Source: Pristiophorus japonicus
Lineage: Eukaryota
Direction of reading: 5' to 3'
DNA length: 64,000 nt
Assembly: GCF_044704955.1 (NCBI RefSeq)
Contig: NC_091980.1
Location: 129,332,001-129,396,000 of the forward strand
Position 1 is the first letter of the stretch. Each line of letters opens with the position of its first letter. The translations under genes and the position numbers were made by a program. Below the pieces are notes generated by a model. That model saw only the letters and a program-made list of their open reading frames with translations, ran no database searches and was not told the DNA's origin. Positions 1-15,337 of this stretch are shown here, in pieces.

Positions 1-329
1 GCAGATATAAAGGATCATCAGAGCATCCCCTGGAGTTGGGATTTTAATCATCTTGGACTGGAGAATAATAAAGTAGGGCAATTGAGATTGATGTAAATTT
101 GCTCTAAGATCCAGTAACTCATGCACAATGAGAGCTTAGATCCTGGAAACACTGGGACATAGTTACTTCTCAATGTCCACAGTAGGCCAACTTCCCAGTC
201 CTCTCCACTGACAAACCCAGGAGAGACCGCCAAAAACAAAGCTATTGGGCATGGAGCACTTTTGAAACAGCTCAAGGACAGCAACAATCCACCACCTCCA
301 ACTTAACTAGAACCCCATGAGGAACTTAC

Positions 330-1395
330 ATGAGGGTCGGTGCTCCCAGTGGAGAGTTTGTGCAGATCCAGCAGACTCTGGTTGACATTCTTCTCCATCT
401 GCAGAGCTCTCTGCATCGCCTCCAGACCATTGCTCCACTCATCCTGCTCTGGTTTCTGAAGCAGAAAGTCACAGGCAGTTCACTTACAATGGAACAAACT
501 AAACAAGAGACAGTACAAGGAAAATAGGGGTGAAAAAGCAACCAGACATCAATGTTACCATAAACAATGTCACAGGAATATAGAATTACTGCATTCCAAT
601 ACCACAACCATGGAGCCAATTCCTTTAGGAGGTATTTGAAACAAGCAATCTTAGGGGATCCAGATAGGAGGCCACTCCTTGATTGAACCAAACCTTGATG
701 TCCGCCAAGATGATTCGGCCTCCACGCTGATTCTGGAATTCCATCAGTTTCTCAGCATGCTCACATTCCTCATGTGACTGCTCCTTGAAGAACTCAGCAA
801 AGTGACGCAGGGCAACATCATCCCGGTCAAAGTAGAAGGACTATGGAGAGATCAGAATTTTTGGGCATCACATGGCAGACCTATTATTGTGGGTATTGTA
901 CATAAAGCCAAACTCAATTTTGCTTCCGGCAAAAGGATTTAAAGTCTCCCTGAATTTCCATGTACAATGTTACACAGGCGAGCACCAGCCCATTGACTTC
1001 ACTAATGTGGTAGAGAGAGTGGATAATCCCCTAGCAATAGGGAAACTGGCTAATGGAAAAATCAAGTGATTGGCAAAAGGACAAGGACTAGAGGAAACTT
1101 GGTTATTTTTAAATGCATGGGCAATTTGAAAGGATGGTGGAAGTAAATTAAATGGCAACATTAAAAAAAAAAGACTTAATACAGACAAATCTGTAAGGCT
1201 GAGATCAAGCAGGGGAGAGAGACTAGTTGGATAGCTCCACTCAAGTCAGCACAGGCATGATGGGCCAAATGGCCTCCTTCAGTGCAGTATCATCCCATGG
1301 TTACCAATTCAGCTTTGATAGAACATGCTCCAATCTAAACCTTAATCTTGGCACCGAATGCTCATGTGTAGCTTTAGAAGTGAGATTTTTTATTA

Positions 1396-1464
<69 letters not shown>

Positions 1465-3153
1465 AATACACAGTACCACACCAATGATGGCTTACTGACC
1501 CCAATCTATTTTGTTCAGGCTATACATGGGGCACTACTAGAAAAGTAGAGATCTAGTCACAGTGCACAATTCATACAGTACATCAGGCCCAATTGTTACT
1601 GGCTACATTCATCCCGTGGAACCAAAACTAAGCAGCATTCATTTCACACCTTCAGCACTAAACATCAAGGTATTCCAACAGACAACCAGATACCACCCCT
1701 CAGAGTTTGAGGTCAAGGTAGGAAAGCAGAGGGATTAAGGGAGAGTTCCACCGAGTAGGGGGGGAAATGGCTGAAGGCTTTACCACCAATAAATCAAAAA
1801 GGGAGTTAGAGAAAAGACAAAGGCAAAAACTGGTAGCTAAAATCGAGGTCGTCAAGAACGCAAGGAACAGGAGTAGGCCATTCAGCCCCTCAAACCTGTT
1901 CGACCATTCAAATGGTCAGATCTGCAGCTTACCACCATTTATCCAGCAAGTAATTAGGACAGCAAATGGTGTTAGCATTTGTTACAAAGGGATTAGATTT
2001 CAAGAGTAAAGAACTCTTTCTACAATAATATAGGGCATTGGTATGGACACATCTGGAGTATTTTGTATAATTCTGGTCACCTTACCAAACAAAGGACATA
2101 CCTGCCTTAGAGATGGAACAAAAGTTCACGAGACTGGTTCCTGGAATGAGGAGATTGCCTTATGTGGAGATTGAGTAGACTAGGCCAATGTTCTAGAGTT
2201 TAGTAGAATGAGGTGCAAATCTAATTGAACAAAATTCTTAAGGGGCTTGACAGGGTTAAAGCTTATCCTAACTGGATATATCTAGAACCAGGGGGTCATA
2301 GTTGGAGAATAAGGGGTTGGCCATTAAAGTCTGAGAAAGGTTAAAATTTCAATACTCAGAGGGTGATGATTTATGGAATTCTCTACCCCAGAGGGCTGTG
2401 GATGCTCAGTTATTGAGTATATTCAAGACAGGAGGTCAATTTATTTTTGGGAAACTGAAGAAATTATGGACCAAGGGGATAGTGCGGGAAGGTGGAATTG
2501 AGGGAAGAGATGAACCAAATGGCCTACTCCTATTGCTTATGTTCTAATCCCTTGATACCCTTACCCAACAAAAACCTTGCCCAGGCACCCACAGATTTGG
2601 GTGGGTGGAATATGGGAAGCAGGGAGAGAATACGTTCCAAACTTCCACCATTGCTTCTTGATTTCCCTCCTAAATTGTCTGGTTCTAATTTGAAGACTGA
2701 ATCCCCTCATTGCAAACAGCAAGGTAGGGAAAGGCCATGGAGTGATTTGGAAATGAGGATATAAATTCTGAATTCCATGCATTGAAAGCAGAGTGTATTA
2801 CAAACAAACTTCAACTACAAGCTCACAAGAGCCCAGGAAAAAGAATCATTAAGATTCACCGATTATGGCTCAGGTACTGCATGGAACAGAGGCAGTTTGT
2901 TAAAGAATACACAAGGTGATAATTTCTATAGTATAGCTTTAACAAATGAATTCACTGCATCAAGTGAGGGGTGAGCCAGATACAGCACAGAATGTAGTAA
3001 ATTCACATTGCACAGGTTCCATTGTGAAGTGCTCAGAAATATAAGACTCACCATGGAGAGATAAACATAGGAGGAACAGAGCTCCATGTTGACCTGCTGG
3101 TTGACAGCAGCTTCACAGTCCTTGGGGTAGTTCTGATGCACTTGAGATTCCAT
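330..3153 (-). CDS. fth1: Ferritin heavy-chain-like gene, copy 1 (exon1 3052-3153, exon2 694-840, exon3 330-455; exon 4 left of the window)
   Basis: Spliced translation [125 protein letters not shown]; GT-AG at all junctions; coding exon sizes 102/147/126 nt, intron positions as in vertebrate ferritins; no stops. Carries R9H, H13P, Y29C, R63C. Confidence 0.9.
1396..1461. repeat. (ATT)n microsatellite in copy 1 intron 1
   Basis: About 22 perfect units; the paralogous site near 48828 has only ATTATT. Confidence 0.97.
1940..2545 (+). mobile_element. Old CR1 LINE 3' fragment in copy 1 intron 1
   Basis: Decayed QQVIRTANG / YRALV..HLEY / WNSLP motifs; also present in copy 5 intron 1. Confidence 0.75.
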
Positions 3154-3174
3154 CCTAATTTGCTTTTCCAAAAA

Positions 3175-3197
3175 TCTAAGCCTTGTTGAAGCAAGAA
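3175..3197 (-). promoter_or_regulatory. Degenerate iron-responsive element remnant in copy 1 5' UTR
   Basis: TTCTTGC-TTCAA-CAAGGC-TTAGA versus canonical H-ferritin IRE TTCCTGC-TTCAA-CAGTGC-TTGGA, between TATA and ATG. Confidence 0.7.
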
Positions 3198-3226
3198 GCT
3201 AAGAGTTAACTAATTTCAAACTCCTG

Positions 3227-3345
3227 TCTTTATACTGCTGGATAATCCAGGGTGGGACAACCTAGCTGTGAGTGTCATTCATCATACCCAATCACAAGTT
3301 GCAGCCTTTGTCAGAGCACCAATCAAATAAAGGGAGGCGGGGCCA
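3227..3345 (-). promoter_or_regulatory. Copy 1 core promoter: TATA, two inverted CCAAT boxes, GC box
   Basis: TATAAAGA (3227-3234, minus) ~75 nt before ATG; CCAAT at 3288 and 3319; GGGAGGCGGGGC at 3332-3343; same layout in copies 2 and 5. Confidence 0.7.
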
Positions 3346-3397
3346 TGACTCCCAGAGCCAGTCATGAACTTTGAAGAATGAACATCATTGTTTGACC

Positions 3398-3858
3398 CTT
3401 CTTTTTGCCGGCAATTGACAATTTAAAGTCAAACATGGCTCCCCTGTTTAAAGGCACACAACTATTTTTGTTGTAAACTAATAATCAAATGCCTCCTGAT
3501 TAAAGGGGGGGAGCGGGGGCACACTCCAAAAACTTTTCAAGTGCCCCTTTTTTTTTAAGGCATTGAAACACAAGTTATACAAGTGATCCCTGGCTAAAAG
3601 GGGGGAGAGGCACTAAAACCATCACAGTAAACAAATTAAACTTTAAACAATAGTAATCAAATTAAAATTTGTTTGCCAGGGGTGATGATGCACTCCAGTC
3701 CCTCCTCTCACGGAAGATCGCGAGCATGTCGATGGACACCACATGCTCCGTCTCCAGGGACGCCCGGGCACGAATGTAGCCGTGGACGAGAGGTGGACAG
3801 TCGGGCCGAACGACCACCTCGAACGCCCGCTGCCCTGCTGACGGCCACCTTGTCCAGG
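3398..3858 (-). mobile_element. Tx1-like (L1 clade) LINE 3' fragment upstream of copy 1; homologues ~10690-10922 and ~52333-52805
   Basis: The 52.6-kb homologue translates ...EMEHAVSTGTLTAFCERWVPKGLECIITPGNQILI*, resembling Tx1-type ORF2 C-termini; CpG-rich. Family call from motif memory only. Confidence 0.55.
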
Positions 3859-4467
3859 TTAATTGAATCTTCCGTTGTTTGCGAGTCAGTGTCTTTTTAA
3901 TATTCTGCGCGGTTCAGTGGGTTGGTCATTTTCAGGTATCTGTGGATGCAGCATCCAAAGACAGACCAGTGAGTCTGCAAAGCAACCGACAGCGGGTCAG
4001 GTGAATGGACAGTGCATGTGAGGAATGTGACAAGCTCAAGTGCTCAGATACTCCATCACTTCCAAGTTTAGTGAGCACCTGTACACACAGGAGCTAGAAT
4101 GTGCTGCGGACCATGGGATTTTGAGTTCTTGTTATGTTACCATGACATTTTACAAGCAATGAAATGGACTGCAGTCCAAAGAGAAAGAAAGATTTGCATC
4201 TGGACTTCATTGTGGCAGCCTTGGGAACGCTTATCCTCTTAGAAAGAAGAAATAATTCCATTTATATAGCCCTTTCATGGCCTCAGGATGTCTCAAAGCT
4301 TTTTACAGCCAATCAAGTTCAGCAATGTGTTAATGACCAGATAATCTGTTTTGGTTGAGGGATAAATATTGTTAAGGATACCGAAGAGAACGCCCCCTGC
4401 GCTTCTTCGAAATAGCATCCTGAGACAGATGGTCTAGCATCTCATCTGAAAGACGCAGCTCCGACAT

Positions 4468-4572
4468 TGCAGCAATCCCTCAGTACTGCCCCTCAGACAG
4501 TGCAGCAATCCCTCAGTACTGCCCCTCAGACAGTGCAGCAATCCCTCAGTATTGCCCCTCAGACAGTGCAGA
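4468..4572. repeat. 33-bp minisatellite (3+ units) inside a SINE-like element (~4255-4572)
   Basis: TGCAGCAATCCCTCAGTACTGCCCCTCAGACAG starts at 4468, 4501, 4534 and partially 4567; about 2 units at the paralogous site near 53457. Confidence 0.9.
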
Positions 4573-5142
4573 ACCCTGTCAGTAATGTGTGTGTGTGTGT
4601 GGAGGCAGGGTCATTGAATACATTTAAGATAGATAGATAGATAGATTTTTGAACAATAGGGGAGTCAAGGGCTATGGGGAACATGCAGGAAAGTGTTGAT
4701 ACCAAGATCAGACCAGCCATGATCTTATGGATTGCCTATGCATGTTATTATGTAAACCTCTCTGCCTCCTTTAAGACACTAAAATTTACCTGTCATCCCA
4801 CTGCCTTATGTGACTGAACAAACGTGAACATTTTCAGCTGTTGTATTACAGTATTGCAATGCTTGATTGAAATGCATGAATAGAATTTGCAAGATATACT
4901 CTTATGTATTAATGCTTGGGGGTCACCAGACACCAGAGCACACCACGGTCGGATGCCATCGGGCTGTATGCATGTGTGTTTGGTCAACTGAATATAAGCT
5001 GGATGTCTTTTTCACGCTGGCACTCTTGGGTTGGAATAAAGATGGATCAGGTTGCACCTGAGTGCGTTTACAGTAACCAGACTTTTGAGTCATTATGTAT
5101 ATGTAGAATTGAAATTAGGTCTTCAACATGTCTGAATAGCTA

Positions 5143-7049
5143 TCGTAGATTGGGTACTGTGCAATGAGAAGGGGTTAATTAACAGTCTTGTTGGGTGGGG
5201 TCCTTTAGGGAAGAGTGGCGATAACATGAATGAATTTTCATGAAGATGGAAAGTGAAGTAGTCCAATCATAATCTAGGGTCCTAAATCTAAACAAAGGAA
5301 ACGACAAAGATATGAGGAATGGCTATAATAGATTGGGAAGTGTGATTAAAAGGCATGACGGTGGACAGTCAATGGCTAACATTTAAGGAACGAATGTATG
5401 AATAGCAATAATTATACATTCCTTTCTGACTCAAAAATACAAAAGGAAGAGTGACCCAACCATGGTTTACAAAAGAAATTAAGGATAGTATTAGATCCAA
5501 AGAGCTGTCCGTTATGTATTTAACCCTTTGTAACCTGCATTGCACCTGACCACCAGAGGACCCACCTGTTGGAGTCCCAAGGCATCCCAGCATCCTTTGG
5601 GAGCACAGTATATAAGCAGGCCACCCATGAGGTATCTGCACTCTGGAATCTTAAAGGAGCCAAGATCACACTCGCTCTTTACACACACACTCATTATAAA
5701 TGGGGAGACTGAGTACTAACAGTCATACAATGTTGCCAGAAAAAGTAGCAAGCCTGAGGATTGGGAGCAGTTTAGAATTCAGCAAAAAAAGGACCAAGAG
5801 ATTGATTCAGAGGGGGAAAATAGAGTATGAGACTAAACTTGCAAGGAACATAAAAACGATTGTAAAAGTTTCTCCAAGTACGTAAAAAGAAAAAGATTAG
5901 TGAAGACAAATGTAGGTCCTTTACAGTTAGAATTGGGATAATTTATAATGGGGAACAAAGAGATGGCATAACAATTGAATACTTCAGTTTTGTCTAAGAG
6001 AACACAAATAACATCCCACAAATGCTAGGGAACCAAGGGTCTAATGAGCAAGAGGAATTAAAAGAAATTAGTAAGAAAATAGTGCTGCAGAAACTATTGG
6101 GACTGAAAGCTGATAAATCCAAGGCCTGATAATCTGCATCCCAGGGTACTAAAAGTGGCAGCCATGGAAATAGTGGATGCATTGGAGTATTTTTTTTTTT
6201 TATAAAGGCTATAACTGATATTAGATAAGGGAGAACCAGTGGATGTAAATTATTTGGATTTTCAGAAGGCCTTTAATAAAGTCCCACAAGACTTTAGTGT
6301 GCAAAATTAAAGCACATAGAATTAGGGGTAATATACTTGCATGGATTGAAAATTGGTTAATTGATAGGAAACAGTAGGAATAAACAGGTCTTCTCCTGGA
6401 TGGTGGGCAGTGACTAGTGAGATACCACAGGGATCAATGCTTAGGCCCCAGCTAATCACCTATATAAATAGATTTGGAGGAGGAAACCAAAATGTAATAT
6501 TTCCAATTTTTCCCCTAGTACAGGAGCAAGGATGTCTTATTACAGTTATACAGGGCCTTGGTGAAACCACAGCTGGAGTATTGTGTGCAGTTTTGGGTCT
6601 CCTTAACCAAGAGAGAGCACAGCAAAGGCTCACCAGACTGATTCCTGGGACGGAAGGATTGTCGTAGGACGAGAGATTGGGTCGATAAGGCCTGTATTCA
6701 CTAGAAGAGGAAAAGGGGACCTTATTGAAACATACAATTCGGACTGGGTTGGATCGGGAGGATGTTTCCCCTGGCTGTGAAGTCTAGAATAAAAAAGGGG
6801 CATAGGCTCAGGATAAGGGGTAAGAAATTTAGCAGAGAGATGGATAACTCTTCACCGCAGAAGGCAGTGGAGGCCAAGTCACTCAATATATTTAAGGAGA
6901 TAGCTATCTTGATACAAAAGGCATGAAGGATTATGGGGTAAAAGCAGGAATATGGTGTTGTGTTAAAGAATCAGTTGTGATTGTATTGAATGGCAGTGCA
7001 GGCTTCAAGGGGCGAATGGCCTACTACTGCTCCTATTTATGTTTCTATG
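5143..7049 (+). mobile_element. Degenerate CR1 LINE with internal deletions (paralogue ~54130-55968)
   Basis: DWVLCNE, PWFTKEI, YLDFQKA, PQGS remnants with many stops; interrupted by a solo LTR. Confidence 0.85.
5510..5721 (+). mobile_element. Gypsy solo LTR
   Basis: Reverse complement of the LTR family at 34367-34581; same insertion site as 54478-54691. Confidence 0.8.
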
Positions 7050-7514
7050 AATATAGATGCCAATATATTGAAATTACCACCGCAAAAGAAAAATTATAGG
7101 ACTGTTCCCACCCACAGAAGGGTCAACAACCAGCAGAGATTTAAGGCAAGTGGCAGAAGAATTACAGCTGACTTGAGGAAAAACTTTTAAGCAGTGAGTG
7201 GTTAGTATCTGGATTGCACTGCCCGAGAGGGTTGCAGAGGTAGATTCAATCACTGAATTGGACAAGCACCTGAAGGAAAAAAAAATTGTAGGGCTACAGG
7301 GAAGTGGGACTAGCTGAAGTGCTCTTGCTGAGAGCTGGCATGGGCTCAACAGGCTGAATGGCCTCCTGTGCTGTTACCATTCTATGATTGAATCTCAGGG
7401 CAACACTATTGCATAGCCTAGTACAATACTGGGGCTGTAACCAAGTTATGGCAAATAGAATATAAGCAACCAATCAAACTTGCAAGGAGACAAAACCAAT
7501 CCAATATTGGACTG

Positions 7515-7520
7515 TTTATT
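7515..7520 (-). terminator. Polyadenylation signal of copy 2 (homologous signals at 23020-23025, 35605-35610, 56537-56542)
   Basis: AATAAA ~80-120 nt after the stop codon, followed by GT-rich TTTTGTCTCCTT in four copies. Confidence 0.75.
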
Positions 7521-7597
7521 TACAGTTAATTACATTTCACATCAAGAGCCCAGGTCTCAGCCTGTACAAAGCAAAAGTAGAAGAGAATCTCAATTAT

Positions 7598-10249
<2,652 letters not shown>

Positions 10250-10276
10250 GTTAGTCATGTGTTTTTTCTTCTGAAG

Positions 10277-10300
10277 TATAAACTTTGTCGAAGTACAAAA
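10277..10300 (-). promoter_or_regulatory. Strongly degenerate IRE remnant in copy 2 5' UTR
   Basis: TTTTGTAC-TTCGA-CAAAGT-TTATA aligns with the copy 1 and 5 remnants. Confidence 0.5.
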
Positions 10301-10330
10301 ATAACATTTAACCAAATATCAAACTCCTGC

Positions 10331-10448
10331 ATTAATACTGAGGGATAATCCAGGGTGTGGCAGTCTAGATGATGAGTGACAGTGTTCAATATCCAATCAA
10401 AAGTTGCAGCCTCTCAGAGCACCAATCAACTAAAGGGAGGAGGGGAGA
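10331..10448 (-). promoter_or_regulatory. Copy 2 core promoter (variant TATTAAT box, CCAAT x2, purine-rich GC-like box)
   Basis: Positionally homologous to the copy 1 and 5 promoters; TATA reads TATTAAT and the GC box reads GGGAGGAGGGG. Confidence 0.6.
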
Positions 10449-11039
10449 TGGACTCCCAGAGCCAGTCAGATCTTTGAAGAATAAGCATCATTGGCTGACA
10501 ACTCAATGAGGATCTCAATTGTCCTAACTTTCCTCCAACACAGTTCAAATATCCAGAATCACAGGTTTAAATTAATCCTCTTCTCTTTGGGCTAATTAAT
10601 TGGGATGATTAAATCAGCGATCGGAAACACTTAAACCGTAAGTGCCCACTTTATAAGTGGGAATCAACTGTAAGGTCAACATTATGACAAAACTAACATT
10701 ACAAACTTTTCAAATTATAATTCAGTTCCCTGTATCCACGCTTCATTCCAGTCCCGCTGGTGCCCAGTGGTCATGGAAAGCCTCAAGCATACCGGCAGAC
10801 ACCGTGTGCTCCCTTTCCAGGGATACCCATGCACGGACATAGCCGCGGAAGAAAGGCAGGCAGACAGAGAGAACACCCCATCGTCCGTGCTCTGACTGGA
10901 GCAGTTAATGTCCACCTTGAAAGATTAATTGAATCCTCTGTTGTTTGCGAGTCAGTGTATTCTTAATAGCTCTGGATTGTTCAGTGTGTTGGTCATTTGC
11001 AGGTATCTGCGGGTTTGAAGCAACATCCAAATAACTCAT

Positions 11040-11420
11040 TGGATATTTATCAATAGACTATGTCTAGGAATAGAGACAGAGAAGTCGAGAAAGGGAAGGG
11101 AAGGGACAGAGATGGACCATGTGAAGGTGAGTGAACGGTAGAAATTGGAAACATAGTGAATTAAATTTTCCAGTTGATTGTGAGAGCAGGTAACATCACC
11201 GATTTTATCAATGTGCTGGGAAAAGAGGTGAGAGAGGGGCCATTGTATAATTTAAATACAAAGATAAACATTTTGAATTTGAGGTACTATCAGACCGGGA
11301 GCCAATGATGGTCCACAATCACAGGGGTTATAGGTGAATGGGACTAGGTGTGCATCTAAGTCTAGCTGGAAAGCATTGAAATAGTCAATTCTAGAGATAA
11401 AAAGGCACAGATGAGGGTTA
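11040..11420 (-). mobile_element. Penelope-like RT fragment (~11040-11240) adjoining an L2-like fragment (~11250-11420)
   Basis: Minus strand reads ..SLTFTWSISVPSLPFLDFSVSI.., resembling Penelope RT; the adjacent part resembles L2 ORF2. Short and decayed. Confidence 0.5.
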
Positions 11421-12272
11421 ACCATTAGCTCAGTTCTGAGCTCAGAGCGAGGAACACGTGCAGCTGAACCATATCCCTGTGCAGCATGTTAAATTTATAT
11501 AGAACCTTGGCCAGACAACACTTGGAGTATTGTGCACAGTTCTGATCTCCATAGAATTATATAGAAAGTTAGAATTAGTAATCTAAGAGAAACTTCAAGA
11601 GAAACTTCTTTACTCAGAGAGTGTTTAGAATGTTTAACTTGCTATCGAAAGGAGTAGTTGAGGCAAAAAGCATAGCTGTGTTTAAGGGGAAGCTGGATAA
11701 ACACATGAGGGAGGAAGGATTGGAAGAATATGCTGATAGGGTTAAATGAGGTTGGGAGGAGGCTCAGTGTGTGAAGTCAACTCCTCTCAGTATTTCACTC
11801 TCCATGCTTATGATTGAAAGACTATTAAATCGATCTTGTCCCATTCGTTTCCTCACCTCATCCGAGATGCGTTTTATGTTAGAGAAGGACCGCTCACCAC
11901 TGCAATTTGCCAGGCTGAATGGCCTTTTTCTATGCTGTAAATGCTATGTAATTCTTAAAACATGGGCACCTGTAAAGTTTTTCACATCAAGTGAGCTGAA
12001 GAATTTGTTTTGTCTGCAACATGAAGCCGTCAAACCGATCAGCACACAAACCCAACCTGAACTGTAGAATTGTGAATCATCAACATATGAATTGTGGTGA
12101 CATCGATACACCAAAAGTGCCATTGAGAGATGCATAGAATACGGTAACATAATGGTAATGTTACTGGACGAGTAATCCAGAGGCCTGAACTAATAATCCA
12201 AAGTCCCACCATGGCAGCTGGGGAATTTAAATTCAGTTAATTAAATTATAATCTGGAATAAAAAGCAAGTGT

Positions 12273-15200
12273 CATAGAAACATAGAAACATAGAAAATAG
12301 GTGCAGGAGTAGGCCATTCAGCCCTTCTAGCCTGCACCGCCATTCAATGAGTTCATGGCTGAACATGAAACTTCAGTACCCCCTTCCTGCTTTCTCGCCA
12401 TAACCCTTGATCCCCCGAGTAGTAAGGACTTCATCTAACTCCCTTTTGAATATATTTAGTGAATTGGCCTCAACTACTTTCTGTGGTAGAGAATTCCACA
12501 GGTTCACCACTCTCTGGGTGAAGAGGTTTCTCCTCATCTCGGTCCTAAATGGCTTACCCCTTATCCTCAGACTGTGACCCCTGGTTCTGGACTTCCCCAA
12601 CATTGGGAACATTCTTCCTGCATCTAACCTGTCTAAACCCGTCAGAATTTTAAACGTTTCCATGAGGTCCCCTCTCATTCTTCTGAACTCCAGTGAATAC
12701 AAGCCCAGTTGATCCAGTCTTTCTTAATAGGTCAGTCCCACCATCCCGGGAATCAGTCTGGTGAATCTTCGCTGCACTCCCTCAATAGCAAGAATGTCCT
12801 TCCTCAAGTTAGGAGACCAAAACTGTACACAATACTCCAGGTGTGGCCTCACCAAGGCCCTGTACAACTGTAGCAACACCTCCCTGCCCCTGTATTCAAA
12901 TCCCCTCGCTATGAAGGCCAACATGCCATTTGCTTTCTTAACCGCCTGCTGTACCTGCATGCTAACCTTCAATGACTGATGTACCATGGCACCCAGGTCT
13001 CGTTGCACCTTCCCTTTTCCTAATCTGTCACCATTCAGATAATAGTCTGTCCCTCTGTTTTTACCACCAAAGTGGATAACCTCACATTTATCCACATTAT
13101 ACTTCATCTGCCATGCATTTGCCCACTCACCTAACCTATCCAAGTCACTCTGCAGCCTAATAGCATCCTCCTCGCAGCTCACACTGCCACCCAACTTAGT
13201 GTCATCCGCAAATTTGGAGATACTGCATTTAATCCCCTCGTCTAAATCATTAATGTACAGAACAGCACAGAACCTTGCGGCACCCCACTAGTCACTGCCT
13301 GCCATTCTGAAAAGTACCCGTTTACTCCTACTCTTTGCTTCCTGTCTGACAACCAGTTCTCAATCCACGTCAGCACACTATCCCCAATCCCATGTGCTTT
13401 AACTTTGCACATTAATCTCTTGTGTGGGACCTTGTCGAAAGCCTTCTGAAAGTCCAAATATACCACATCAACTGGTTCTCCTTTGTCCACTTTACTGGAA
13501 ACATCCTCAAAAAATTCCAGAAGATTTGTCAAGCATGATTTCCCTTTCACAAATCCATGCTGACTTGGACCTATCATGTCACCATTTTCCAGATGCACTT
13601 CTATGACATCCTTAATAATTGATTCCATCATTTTACCCACTACTCAGGTCAGGCTGACCGGTCTATAATTCCCTGTTTTCTCTCTCCCTCCTTTTTTAAA
13701 AAGTGGGGTTACATTGGCTACCCTCCACCCCATAGGAACTGATCCAGAGTCAATGGAATGTTGGAAAATGACTGTCAATGCATCTGCTATTTCCAAGGCC
13801 ACCTCCTTAAGTACTCTGGGATGCAGTCCATCAGGCCCTGGGGATTTATCGGCCTTCAATCCCATCAATTTCCCCAACACAATTTCCCAACTAATAAAGA
13901 TTTCCCTCAGTTCCCCCTCCTTACCAGACCCTCTGACCCCTTTTATATCCGGAAGGTTGTTTGTATCCTCCTTATTGAATACCGAACCAAAGTACTTGTT
14001 CAATTGGTCTGCCATTTCTTTGTTCCCCGTTATGACTTCCCCTGATTCTGACTGCAGGGGACCTACGTTTGTCTTTACTAACCTTTTTCTCTTTACATAC
14101 CTATAGAAACTTTTGCAATCCGCCTTAATGTTCCCTGCAAGCTTCTTCTCGTACTCCATTTTCCCTGCCCTAATCAAACCCTTTGTCCTCCTCTGCTGAG
14201 TTCTAAATTTCTCCCAGTCCCCAGGTTCGCTGCTATTTCTGGCCAATTTGTATGCCACTTCCTTGGCTTTAATACTATCACTGATTTCCCTAGATAGCCA
14301 CGGTTGAGCCACCTTCCCTTTTTTATTTTTATGCCAGACAGGAATGTACAATTGTTGTAATTCATCCATGCGGTCTCTAAATGTCTGCCATTGCCCATCC
14401 ACAGTCAACCCCCTAAGTATCATTCGCCAATCTATCCTAGCCAATTCACGCCTCATACCTTCAAAGTTACCCTTCTTTAAGTTCTGGACCATGGTCTCTG
14501 AATTAACTGTTTCATTCTCCATCCTAATGCAGAATTCCACCATATTATGGTCACTCTTCCCCAAGGGGCCTCGCACAATGAGATTGCTAATTAATCCTCT
14601 CTCATTACACAACACCCAGTCTAAGATGGCTTCCCCCCTAGTTGGTTCCTCAACATATTGGTCTAGAAAACCATCCCTTATGCACTCCAGGAAATCCTCC
14701 TCCACCGTATTGGTTCCAGTTTGGCTCGCCCAATCTATGTGCATATTAAAGTCACCCATTATAACTGCTACACCTTTATTGCATGCACCCCTAATTTCCT
14801 GTTTGATGCCCTCCCCAACATCCCTATTACTGTTTGGAGGTCTGTACACAACTCCTACTAACGTTTTTTGCCCTTTGGTGTTCTGCAGCTCTACCCATAT
14901 AGATTCCACATCATCCAAGCTAATGTCTTTCCTAACTATTGCATTAATCTCCTCTTTAACCAGCAATGCTACCCCACCTCCTTTTCCTTTTATTCTATCC
15001 TTCCTGAATGTTGAATACCCCTGAATGTTGAGTTCCCAGCCCTGATCATCCTGGAGCCACGTCTCCGTAATCCCAATCACATCATATTTGTTAACATCTA
15101 TTTGCACAATTAATTCATCTACCTTATTGCGGATACTCCTTGCATTAAGACACAAAGCCTTCAGGCTTGTTTTTTTAACACCCTTTGTCCTTTTAGAATT

Positions 15201-15337
15201 TTGCTGTACAGTGGCCCTTTTTGTTCTTTGCCTTGGGTTTCTCTGCCCTCCACTTTTCCTCATCTCCTTTCTGTCTTTTGCTTTTGCCTCCTTTTTGTTT
15301 CCCTCTGTCTCCCTGCATTTGTTCCCATCCCCCTGCC
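12273..15337 (-). mobile_element. Young 5'-truncated CR1 LINE, near-intact ORF2 (APE endonuclease + reverse transcriptase)
   Basis: 580-aa ORF with CLNARS, GITETW, GDFN, SDH; RT segments YLDFQKAFDKVPH and GVPQGSVL; (TTTCTATG)n tail at 12273-12296; broken by stops at 13644 and 12724 and a small deletion near 13260. Confidence 0.95.

Noticed and set aside
1227-1463. ORF ending in poly-Tyr
   Set aside because: It is the translation of an (ATT)n microsatellite in an intron.
3265-3368. TGAC motifs as Nrf2 antioxidant response elements
   Set aside because: None matches TGACnnnGC; they may be AP-1/CRE half-sites but this is unsupported.
4468-4572. 33-bp direct repeats as a CRISPR array
   Set aside because: Units are contiguous with no spacers, there are no cas genes, and the context is eukaryotic.
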